DNA from: Minisyncoccia bacterium
Lineage (GTDB): Bacteria; Patescibacteriota; Minisyncoccia; UBA6257; 2-01-FULL-56-20
Direction of reading: 5' to 3'
Length of the DNA: 64,000 bases
Assembly: GCA_049997875.1 (NCBI GenBank)
Contig: JBEKRC010000005.1
Span: forward strand, 1,679 to 65,678
Shown: piece by piece, positions 55,823 through 64,000 of the stretch
Numbering within the stretch: the stretch's first letter is position 1
Layout: each line of letters begins with the position of its first letter
Program-made: the position numbers and the translations under genes
Notes under the pieces: generated by a model
Databases searched by the model: none
Told to the model about the DNA's origin: nothing
What the model saw: the letters and a program-made list of their open reading frames with translations, nothing else

Positions 55823-57271
55823 ATGGACCGATTTTACGTTACGACCCCAATTTACTATGTGAACGACAAACCGCATATTGGCACTGCGTATACGACGATC
55901 GTCGCGGACATGCTTGCGCGATGGCGGCGTACGTACGACGAGGATGTGCGCTTCCTTACCGGCACCGACGAGTTCGCGCAGAAGACCGTAGATGCGGCGA
56001 AGAAGGCAGGAGAAGAAACGCAGGCGTACGCCGACCGGATGGCCGCAGTATGGCGCTCCACGTGGAAAAAACTCGGCATCTCCAATACGGATTTCATCCG
56101 CACGACCGAGCCGAGGCACATTGAGGTCGTGCAAGAGATTTGGAGGCGCGTGCAGGCGGCCGGGGATATCTACAAAGGGCAATACCAAGGGCTCTATTGC
56201 GAAGGCTGCGAGGCTTTCAAGAACGAGGACGAATTGGTGAATGGCCTCTGTCCGGATCACAAAACAAAACCGGAATTCGTATCCGAAGAGAATTATTTTT
56301 TCAGACTTTCCAATTATCAAAAGAGACTTTTGGATTTCTACGATACGCAGAGCGATTTCGTGGTTCCCTCATATCGCTTGAATGAGGTGAAGAGTTTCGT
56401 TGCGGCGGGCCTTGAGGATATCAGTATTTCCCGCGCGAAACGCTCGTGGGGGATCCCGGTGCCGGACGATCCGGGACAAGTGATCTACGTTTGGTTTGAC
56501 GCACTCGTCAATTACATTTCGGCGGTCGGCATTGAGGGATGGGAAGCGCATCCGGCTGACGTCCACGTGATGGCAAAAGATATCATCCGATTCCACGCAG
56601 TCATATGGCCCGCGATGCTCATGTCTGCAGGGCTGCCGCTTCCGGGACAAATCGTCGCGCACGGGTTCCTTACCATGAATGGCGTGAAGATTTCCAAATC
56701 GCTGGGCAACGTGATCAATCCTTTGGACATCACGGAAAAATATGGCGTGGACGCCCTCCGCTATTTCCTGCTCCGTGAGATACCGTTCGGAGAGGACGGT
56801 GATTTTTCGGAAGCGAAGGCGGGGGAGCGATATCGAAGCGACCTTGCGAACGGGCTGGGCAATTTTGCCGCGCGCGTGCTCACGCTCGCGGAAAAGGAGA
56901 AGGAACTCGCCTGCGCGTTGCCGAGCCACGAATTTGAGCAGCGGATCGCGGAGATGAAGCGCCTCGTGCACGAAAAGATGGGCGAGTACAAGTTTTCGGA
57001 GGCGCTTGCGGCCGTTTGGGCGGCGGTCGCGTTCGGCGACCGCTACATGGAAGAAAAGAAGGCCTGGGGGATAAAGGACGAGGCGAAGCGGAGGCTGGTG
57101 CTCTGCAATCTCACGCTCCTCCTGGAGGGCGTTGCCGAGGCGCTCGTGCCGTTCCTGCCGGACGCGGCCGCAAAGATACGCCAGGCGATCGTGCGGGAGG
57201 GGGAGGTTCTCAACGTGAAGAAGACGGAGATCCTTTTTCCGCGGCTCAAAATCCCGCAGCTCAAAAAATAG
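55823..57271 (+). CDS. metG: Methionyl-tRNA synthetase (short form)
   Basis: TTPIYYVNDKPHIG, YVWFDAL, KISKS. Confidence 0.96.
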   Translation: MDRFYVTTPIYYVNDKPHIGTAYTTIVADMLARWRRTYDEDVRFLTGTDEFAQKTVDAAKKAGEETQAYADRMAAVWRSTWKKLGISNTDFIRTTEPRHIEVVQEIWRRVQAAGDIYKGQYQGLYCEGCEAFKNEDELVNGLCPDHKTKPEFVSEENYFFRLSNYQKRLLDFYDTQSDFVVPSYRLNEVKSFVAAGLEDISISRAKRSWGIPVPDDPGQVIYVWFDALVNYISAVGIEGWEAHPADVHVMAKDIIRFHAVIWPAMLMSAGLPLPGQIVAHGFLTMNGVKISKSLGNVINPLDITEKYGVDALRYFLLREIPFGEDGDFSEAKAGERYRSDLANGLGNFAARVLTLAEKEKELACALPSHEFEQRIAEMKRLVHEKMGEYKFSEALAAVWAAVAFGDRYMEEKKAWGIKDEAKRRLVLCNLTLLLEGVAEALVPFLPDAAAKIRQAIVREGEVLNVKKTEILFPRLKIPQLKK

Positions 57272-57272
57272 C

Positions 57273-58148
57273 ATGGAGTTCTTTGACGCGCATGCGCATA
57301 CGCAGTTTTCCGCTTACGACGCCGACCGCGAGGCGGTGATCCGTCGCGCGGAGGATGCCAGTGTTCGCGTGGTAAACGTGGGCACCCAGCGCGACACCTC
57401 CGCGCGCGCCGTCGCACTTGCGGAACAGCACGCCGGTTTCTATGCCGCCGTAGGACTTCATCCTATTCATACGAGCAGGTCCTATCATGATACGGACGAG
57501 CTTGGCGGAGGAGAAACGGCGAAGGGCTTCGTTTCTCGCGACGAGGTGTTTGATCCCGACCGTTACAAAGCGCTCGCCCTCCATCCAAAGACCGTTGCGA
57601 TCGGGGAATGCGGACTGGATTACTTCCGCTTCAACAAGGACGAGAGCCGCGAGGAGCAAATAGAAAGGCAGAAAGCGGCGTTCCTCGCGCAGATAGCATT
57701 CGCGCGCGAAGTGAAAAAACCGCTCATGATCCACTGCCGCGACGCCTTCGCGGACCTCATTCAATTATTGAAAGAGAATACATTTGGATTTCCCGCCGGC
57801 GGCCCCGGCGTCATCCACTTTTTTACCGGTACCGCCGTGGACGCAAAACAACTGCTTGACCTCGGATTTTATTTCACATTCGGCGGCGCGGTCACATTTC
57901 CGCCGCGGAAAGGAAAAACCGAAGGCGACTACGATGCGATCGTAAAAATGATTCCGGCGGACCGCTTGCTTTCTGAGACCGACGCGCCCTATGTCGCGCC
58001 CGCGCCCTATCGCGGCAAGCGCAACGAGCCCGCGTACGTCGTGGAAGTGGTGAAAAAACTCGCCGAGCTGAAAAATGTTTCGCCCGATGCGATGAAAGAA
58101 CGTATTTATCAAAACGCAGTGAAAGTGTTCAATCTATTGCAAAATTAG
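57273..58148 (+). CDS. tatD: TatD-family nuclease
   Basis: DAHAH, GLHP, IGECGLD, ETDAPY. Confidence 0.94.
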   Translation: MEFFDAHAHTQFSAYDADREAVIRRAEDASVRVVNVGTQRDTSARAVALAEQHAGFYAAVGLHPIHTSRSYHDTDELGGGETAKGFVSRDEVFDPDRYKALALHPKTVAIGECGLDYFRFNKDESREEQIERQKAAFLAQIAFAREVKKPLMIHCRDAFADLIQLLKENTFGFPAGGPGVIHFFTGTAVDAKQLLDLGFYFTFGGAVTFPPRKGKTEGDYDAIVKMIPADRLLSETDAPYVAPAPYRGKRNEPAYVVEVVKKLAELKNVSPDAMKERIYQNAVKVFNLLQN

Positions 58149-58200
58149 AGCTGATCCAGTAGGCTATCCTTGGTTGTTAATCCGTCGCGAAGGGGTTACG

Positions 58201-58908
58201 ATGAGACCACTATTAGTAGGGCTTGAAAGGATAGCGGAGAAGGAACTTGTAGCAAAGGCGCAGCAGGGCGATGAACGAGCATTCGAAGAACTGCACGCCC
58301 TGTATGGTGCGCGTATCTATTGTCTCTGCTACAGGATGGTGAAGAACCGTCATGATGCAGAAGACCTTACTCAAGAAGTCTTTCTGCTACTTCACAGAAG
58401 GGTCAAAACCTTTCGTGGCAAGTCGGCTTTCGGGACGTGGTTCTACCGGCTCGCGGCGAATGTGGCACTGATGTGCCTTCGCGAAAAGCGTAGGCGGGAG
58501 AGAATATTGCCCACGTCGTCGCTGGACGAATTCATGGCCGGGGATGACGGCGACGAATTTTCGCACAAGATCGGAGCACCTGACCCTCGGCTGAAGTTTG
58601 TTGGAGAGCGCCTCGACCTTCGGGAGGCGGTTGCGCAACTCCCGCCTGGATATCGTGCCGCTTTTTACTTGCGGTACGTAGAAGGGTACAAATACAGAGA
58701 GGTCGCCAAGATTCTCGGCGTCACCGTGGGCACTGTCAAATCCCAATCGCACAGGGCGAGACTGAGACTCCGTGAAAAACTCTCGCAATCAAAAAAACGG
58801 AGGGAACAGAAAGGGGAACGGTTCGTGATGGGGCGTGCAGGTCAACGCTACGTTGATCACCTGTACGCCCCATTTGTCTTTTGGGAAATATGTCATTCAT
58901 CAGGTTGA
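58201..58908 (+). CDS. ECF sigma factor
   Basis: DAEDLTQEVF, FGTWFYR, GTVKSQSHRAR. Confidence 0.9.
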   Translation: MRPLLVGLERIAEKELVAKAQQGDERAFEELHALYGARIYCLCYRMVKNRHDAEDLTQEVFLLLHRRVKTFRGKSAFGTWFYRLAANVALMCLREKRRRERILPTSSLDEFMAGDDGDEFSHKIGAPDPRLKFVGERLDLREAVAQLPPGYRAAFYLRYVEGYKYREVAKILGVTVGTVKSQSHRARLRLREKLSQSKKRREQKGERFVMGRAGQRYVDHLYAPFVFWEICHSSG

Positions 58909-58948
58909 GAAAACGCGGAAATCGCCTTAGAATGGGAATATCTATACT

Positions 58949-61936
58949 ATGCCTGCATATGACCATAATGAGGTTGAGGCGAAGTGGCAGAAGAAATGGC
59001 GTGAAGAGGGAATTTACGAACCAGATTTAGACAGGGCGAAAAAACCGTTCTACAACTTGATGATGTTCCCGTACCCCTCGGCGGAGGGGTTGCACGTGGG
59101 GAACATGTACGCGTTCACGGGTGCGGACATCTACGGGCGGATGAAGCGCATGCAGGGCAACGACGTGTTTGAGCCGATCGGCCTGGACGGCTTCGGCATC
59201 CACTCGGAAAATTATGCGTTGAAGATCGGCGCGCATCCGATGGACCGGGCAAAGGTTTCGGAGGAGCGTTTTTACAAGCAGCTCGCCGCCATCGGCAACG
59301 GGTTCGCGTGGAACGAGCGATTGGAGACCTATGACCCCGAATACTACCGCTGGACGCAGTGGATTTTCGTCCAAATGTGGAAACACGGCCTTGCGTACCG
59401 AAAGAAACAGTCAGTCAATTGGTGTCCGAAAGATCAAACCGTGCTTGCTGATGAGCAAGTGGTCGCGGGCGCGTGCGAGCGTTGCGGGACGCAGGTTATT
59501 CAAAAGGACCTTGAGCAGTGGTTTTTCAAAATTACCGAGTATGCCGACCATCTGCTCAAGAATCTGGAAACGTTGGATTGGTCGGAAAAGGTGAAGATCG
59601 CGCAGAAGAATTGGATTGGAAAATCGGAGGGGGCACTCCTCAAATTCCCGATTTCTCATGAAAGAATTTCTAATGACAAGTTGTCCATCGAGGTGTTTAC
59701 AACGCGGCCGGATACGCTCTTCGGCGCGACCTACATGGTGCTCGCGCCCGAGCATCCGCTTGTGAAAGAACTCGAACCGCGCATTACAAATTTCACGGAA
59801 GTAAAAAAGTATCAAAAAAGCGCGAAGGATAAAACCGACGCCGAGCGCATCGCGGAAGGAAAGGAGAAAACTGGCGTTGAGTTGAAAGGCATCAAGGCCA
59901 TCAATCCTGCCACTAAAGAAGAAATACCGATTTGGGTCGCCGATTACGTTTTGGCGAGCTACGGCACCGGCGCCATCATGGCCGTCCCGGCGCACGACGA
60001 GCGCGACTTTGAGTTCGCAAAGAAATTCAAGCTGCCCATGAGGGAGGTGGTGGCGCAGGAAACCGGAGTTGCGCATCCCGGCGAAGAGCGCCGCGACGGC
60101 GGATGCGGCGTGATATTTGATCCGGAAGCCCAGCGCTATGCAGTCGCGCTTCATACCGACGATATTGTGCGCCTGTTTGCCGGAGGCGTGGAGGACGGCG
60201 AGGATCAGGAACAAGGCGTGCTCCGCGAGATCACGGAAGAAAGCGGTCTCTATGATTTCGGCCACACAGAAAAGGTGAAAACATGTTCCGCGCATTATTA
60301 CAACCGAAGAAAGAAAATATACCGGTCGGCGCTCGCGAGCTGCTTCCTTGTGGTGCTCAAAAGCAGGAAAGAGAAAGAAAGAAAATTGGAACCGCACGAG
60401 GCAAACCTGCGTCTCGCGTGGATGACGCCGAAGGAGATCATTGGGAATTGGGAGGCGCAGAACAAGGATGGGGGATTGAGCCATTGGCTTATCTTCCTGC
60501 GAGAGGCCGTTGCGCGGGCGATTGAACTTGGTCACGACACGACGAACGATCGCGGTCAGTTCCTCTCGTCAGCATACAGCGGCGAAGGGATTTTGATTGA
60601 TTCGGCTAGGTTCAGCGGCACGGACTCCGAGAAGGCGAAATGGGAAATCACGAAATTCGTGGGCGGCGAGCGGGTGACAAAGTTCCGATTACGCGACTGG
60701 CTCATCTCGCGCCAGCGCTATTGGGGGCCGCCGATCCCGATGGTGCACTGCGAAGTGTGCGCGCGTGCGAAAAAAGGCGAGCATGCGGATATGCCCGGCT
60801 GGTATGCCGTGCCGGAGGAAGAATTGCCTGTGAAACTTCCCTATGTGAAAGATTTCCGCCCAACGGGGACCGGCGTTTCGCCTCTCGCCGCGGTAAAGGA
60901 ATTTTATGAAACCAAGTGTCCGGCGTGCGGCGGCACGGCACGTCGGGAGACGGATGTCTCGGATACATTTCTGGATTCGGCGTGGTACTATCTCCGCTAT
61001 CTTGATCCGCAGAATACAAAAGGGGCGTTCAATCACAAACGATTGGAGAAATGGTTGCCCGTAGAAAAAGAAACTACCACGCGGCTCTACACGGGCGGCG
61101 CGGAGCACTCGGTCCTTCACTTGCTCTATGTCCGGTTCGTGGCAATGGCGCTCTCGGAATGGGGATTCGTCGTCTCGCCGGAACCGTTCAAAAAATTCCG
61201 CGCGCACGGGTTGCTCATTAAAGAAGGCGCCAAAATGTCCAAATCCAAGGGCAACGTCATCAATCCTGACGAATATATCCAGAAGTTCGGCGCGGACACG
61301 CTACGGATGTATCTCATGTTCCTTGCGCCGTTTGAGGACGGCGGCGATTTCCGGGACCAGGCGATCCCCGGCATCCTCCGCTTTTTGGAACGCGTTTGGA
61401 AACTGGGCGAGGTGGTCTCCTCCGGGAAACGGACAGAAGGCATCCCCGCGAACGCAAAAAGAAAAGGAAGCAGGGCGGTCGCCATTGCAGTGAAAAAAGT
61501 GTCCGAGGACATTGAGCGGCTGCACTATAATACCGCCGTGAGCGCGCTCATGGTGTGCCTGCGCGCGCTTGAGGAGGAACGCGAGGAGGGACGTGTCGCC
61601 CGCGGGGATTTCGCAACATTCCTGAAACTGATCGCGCCGTTCGCGCCGTACATCACGGAGGAACTTTGGCGCAGCGCCTTCGGCGAGGTTGCCTCAATCC
61701 ATCGCGCCGCATGGCCCACATACGATCCGGCGCTCATTGCCGAGGAAACGATCACGCTCGTGATCCAAGTGAACGGCAAGGTGCGCGACGTGATTGCGAC
61801 GGACGCGTCCCTCACCGAGGCAGTCGCGAAGGAACTCGCGCTCCGGAGCAAAAAGGTGCAAAATGTTCTGGGGGGCCGGACGCCCGCAAAGGTCATCTAT
61901 GTAGATAAAAAACTGGTGAATATCGTACTTCCATAA
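58949..61936 (+). CDS. leuS: Leucyl-tRNA synthetase with an inserted Nudix domain
   Basis: MFPYPS..LHVG, DWLISRQRYWG, KMSKSKGN. Confidence 0.96.
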   Translation: MPAYDHNEVEAKWQKKWREEGIYEPDLDRAKKPFYNLMMFPYPSAEGLHVGNMYAFTGADIYGRMKRMQGNDVFEPIGLDGFGIHSENYALKIGAHPMDRAKVSEERFYKQLAAIGNGFAWNERLETYDPEYYRWTQWIFVQMWKHGLAYRKKQSVNWCPKDQTVLADEQVVAGACERCGTQVIQKDLEQWFFKITEYADHLLKNLETLDWSEKVKIAQKNWIGKSEGALLKFPISHERISNDKLSIEVFTTRPDTLFGATYMVLAPEHPLVKELEPRITNFTEVKKYQKSAKDKTDAERIAEGKEKTGVELKGIKAINPATKEEIPIWVADYVLASYGTGAIMAVPAHDERDFEFAKKFKLPMREVVAQETGVAHPGEERRDGGCGVIFDPEAQRYAVALHTDDIVRLFAGGVEDGEDQEQGVLREITEESGLYDFGHTEKVKTCSAHYYNRRKKIYRSALASCFLVVLKSRKEKERKLEPHEANLRLAWMTPKEIIGNWEAQNKDGGLSHWLIFLREAVARAIELGHDTTNDRGQFLSSAYSGEGILIDSARFSGTDSEKAKWEITKFVGGERVTKFRLRDWLISRQRYWGPPIPMVHCEVCARAKKGEHADMPGWYAVPEEELPVKLPYVKDFRPTGTGVSPLAAVKEFYETKCPACGGTARRETDVSDTFLDSAWYYLRYLDPQNTKGAFNHKRLEKWLPVEKETTTRLYTGGAEHSVLHLLYVRFVAMALSEWGFVVSPEPFKKFRAHGLLIKEGAKMSKSKGNVINPDEYIQKFGADTLRMYLMFLAPFEDGGDFRDQAIPGILRFLERVWKLGEVVSSGKRTEGIPANAKRKGSRAVAIAVKKVSEDIERLHYNTAVSALMVCLRALEEEREEGRVARGDFATFLKLIAPFAPYITEELWRSAFGEVASIHRAAWPTYDPALIAEETITLVIQVNGKVRDVIATDASLTEAVAKELALRSKKVQNVLGGRTPAKVIYVDKKLVNIVLP

Positions 61937-62835
61937 TGACGCGCGTTATCTTTGTGGTAGTGGCCATCTTCATCCTCGGCGCATTAGTCTATGTCTTCAG
62001 CACGAGCCATACCAACTTCAAGCTGTTCCCTCTTCTTCCTCCGGCGCCTTCGTCTTCATACCAAGCCGCTTCTTCGACGCAGTCGTACGCGGTTTCCAAT
62101 CCCGCTTCCACCACCATAACGGCGACGCCCACTTCCTCTTCTTATCAGGGGAACGTTCCCGCAGGGTTTACGGCGGACGAACTCTCGCCGTACTATGGGC
62201 AAGTTAGCTTCGGCGGCGTATCCCCCGCGTATTCTTATTACGACGGTTCCTACGGTGAGATTTCGCTCGATGCGTATTCTAACGACCAGTCATCAAGCAT
62301 TGACGTGACGGGATGGGAGATCAAAGGGAACGAGGGCGGCGAATACATTCCCCAAGCCGTCAATATTTACGACCCGCTGGGGTTAAATCCCTCCACGGAC
62401 ATTTTTTTGAAGAGCGGCGACTATCTGAATCTTTACTCGGGCTCCGCGCCAGTGAATCTCCGGCTCAACGAATGTGTCGGCTATCTTCCGAATCAGAGCC
62501 AGTTCAATCCAGCGTTGCCAGAGAATTGTCCCTCCATTGACCAGTCGGAGATCCAGACGTTCAGCGGCGCATGCCAGAATTACATTCTTTCGCTCGGCAG
62601 CTGTGAGAGCCCCGACTTCAACAGTTTTTCCATTCCGCAAAACGATTCTGCCTGCCTGAATTATTTAAATACCCACTTCAACTATCTTTCGTGCTTCAAC
62701 GCGCACTACAGCGATTCCAACTTTCTTTCCAATGAAGTGCGCGTATGGATGGGGTCCAGCCCCATTGACCAGTTCCACGACCGCGTGGAGCTATTGGATA
62801 GGAACGGCCTCCTCGTGGACCTTTACACCTACTAA
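61936..62835 (+). CDS. Hypothetical exported protein
   Basis: N-terminal TM helix, Ser/Thr linker, Cys-rich domain. Confidence 0.75.
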   Translation: MTRVIFVVVAIFILGALVYVFSTSHTNFKLFPLLPPAPSSSYQAASSTQSYAVSNPASTTITATPTSSSYQGNVPAGFTADELSPYYGQVSFGGVSPAYSYYDGSYGEISLDAYSNDQSSSIDVTGWEIKGNEGGEYIPQAVNIYDPLGLNPSTDIFLKSGDYLNLYSGSAPVNLRLNECVGYLPNQSQFNPALPENCPSIDQSEIQTFSGACQNYILSLGSCESPDFNSFSIPQNDSACLNYLNTHFNYLSCFNAHYSDSNFLSNEVRVWMGSSPIDQFHDRVELLDRNGLLVDLYTY

Positions 62836-62850
62836 CGAGGCCTCCTGTCG

Positions 62851-63900
62851 TTATTTTCTTTCCGCAAGCGAGACCTTCGTCACGAGTTCCTTACCGTCGC
62901 GGAGTATGGCGAGCGTCACCTCGTCGCCCACGTTCAAATTTTCCAGAAAGTCCTGGATGGGGTGGTCGCGGTCAAGTTTTGCGCCGTTCAAAGTGAGCAC
63001 GATGTCTTTTTCTTTAAGGCCCGCCTTTTCCGCAGGGCTTTCGGGGACCACGGCGCTATCGTGCTCGCTCTCGCGCACAACAAGTGCGCCGTAGTTCACG
63101 GGCAGGTTCATTTTCGCCTTCGTGTCGTCGTCAATCATCATATAGCGGAGACCGAGAAGCGGCCGGCGGATGCGGCCATATTTTTTGATGTCGTCCAGGT
63201 CCCGCTTCGCAGCGTTCACGGGGATTGCAAATCCGATGCTCTGCGCGCCCGAGACGATCGCGGCATTCACGGCGACGACGTTCCCATCCGCGTCTACGAG
63301 CGGTCCGCCGGAATTACCCGGATTGATCGCGGCGTCGGTCTGGATAAGGCCCCGCATCTCCTGTGGCGGCGCATCCGGCTCCGCCTGTGCGGTGATCGCG
63401 CGCGAGAGGCCGGAAACGATGCCTACCGATACCGTGTTTTTGAAAACGCCGAGCGCGTTCCCGATCGCGATCAAGCTCTGGCCGAGCTGTAACTTCGTCG
63501 CATCGCCAAGTTTCAGACAGGGGAGCCCCTCCGCTTTTATTTTCAAAATCGCGACGTCATTGATCGGGTCGCGGCTCAAAATCTCCGAGGGGAAACGCCG
63601 CCCGTCGTTCAGGATCACCGTGTATTCCGCTTTCGGGTCGCTTATCACATGCTTGTTCGTAAGGATAAGACCATTCGCGTCCACGATAAATCCCGATCCG
63701 CCGCCCACCTGCACCATGCCACGCTTGTCAATCAAATCCTCTGGGATCTGCAGCTTCTCGCCGCTCGGACTGCTCGGAATGAACGGATACAACTCTTTCG
63801 GCAGCTCTTTCTCTAAATCCTCCAGATGCTTCGCAATAGCGATGGAGACCACCGCCGGCATCACCTTCTTCACCGTCGCAATCACGCGCTTGTCGTCCAT
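62851..63900 (-). CDS. HtrA/DegP-like serine protease with PDZ domain
   Basis: GSGFI, TNKHV, IQTDAAINPGNSGGP. Confidence 0.95.
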   Translation of the reverse strand: MDDKRVIATVKKVMPAVVSIAIAKHLEDLEKELPKELYPFIPSSPSGEKLQIPEDLIDKRGMVQVGGGSGFIVDANGLILTNKHVISDPKAEYTVILNDGRRFPSEILSRDPINDVAILKIKAEGLPCLKLGDATKLQLGQSLIAIGNALGVFKNTVSVGIVSGLSRAITAQAEPDAPPQEMRGLIQTDAAINPGNSGGPLVDADGNVVAVNAAIVSGAQSIGFAIPVNAAKRDLDDIKKYGRIRRPLLGLRYMMIDDDTKAKMNLPVNYGALVVRESEHDSAVVPESPAEKAGLKEKDIVLTLNGAKLDRDHPIQDFLENLNVGDEVTLAILRDGKELVTKVSLAERK

Positions 63901-63918
63901 GGGTTTATTGTAACACGC

Positions 63919-63990
63919 TGGCGGAAGCGGGAGGATTCCGTCGCTCGCTGCGCTCGCTCCTAGAACCTTACGCGCCGCCCCGACCCCCGT
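63919..63990 (-). repeat. Shortened family B repeat joined to a tRNA-like 3' end
   Basis: Minus strand reads GGGGTCGGG..GGTTC-TAGGAGCGAGCGCAGCGAGCGACG-GAATCCTCCCGCTTCCGCCA. Confidence 0.55.
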
Positions 63991-64000
63991 TTCGGAAACC

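Noticed and set aside
283-63913. Many long antisense or alternate-frame ORFs (e.g. 30660-31988, 59411-60535, 17103-18239)
   Set aside because: Shadow ORFs overlapping well-supported genes in GC-rich DNA
1-64000. CRISPR array, cas genes, integrase, transposase or reverse transcriptase
   Set aside because: No regularly spaced repeats or recognisable motifs, so retron and integron readings of the cassettes are unsupported within this window

Overview
Bacterial chromosome segment. The gene set suggests Patescibacteria/CPR, probably Parcubacteria-like (inference): truncated AlaRS, ValRS and MetRS, RpoA without its C-terminal domain, a baseplate-J-like protein, class II RNR, and many apparently leaderless genes. 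The backbone is GC-rich housekeeping DNA: dnaG, rpoD, alaS, infA-rpmJ-rpsM-rpsK-rpsD-rpoA-rplQ-rplM-rpsI, nrdJ, rpmB, valS, metK with a SAM-I riboswitch, xseA/xseB, dinB, tsaD, rplY, metG, tatD, leuS, htrA, tRNA-Pro(GGG) and a probable short 6S RNA. Small AT-rich cassettes sit between these genes. The main unexplained signal is a repeated bidirectional promoter module with 12 copies. It has an 11-bp-period direct repeat TTTAAT-N5-TTTAAT lying 10-11 bp upstream of a -10 box, and in six copies a TTGAC -35 pointing the other way exactly 6 bp from the repeat. It precedes small putative BECR-fold RNase/toxin genes, HicBA, a NucS-domain nuclease and several unannotated small structured RNAs. These RNAs include three covarying three-way-junction RNAs and a G3:U70 tRNA-like RNA whose divergent partner RNA starts with a 20-nt antisense match to it. 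All family assignments come from motif recognition by eye; no searches were run.
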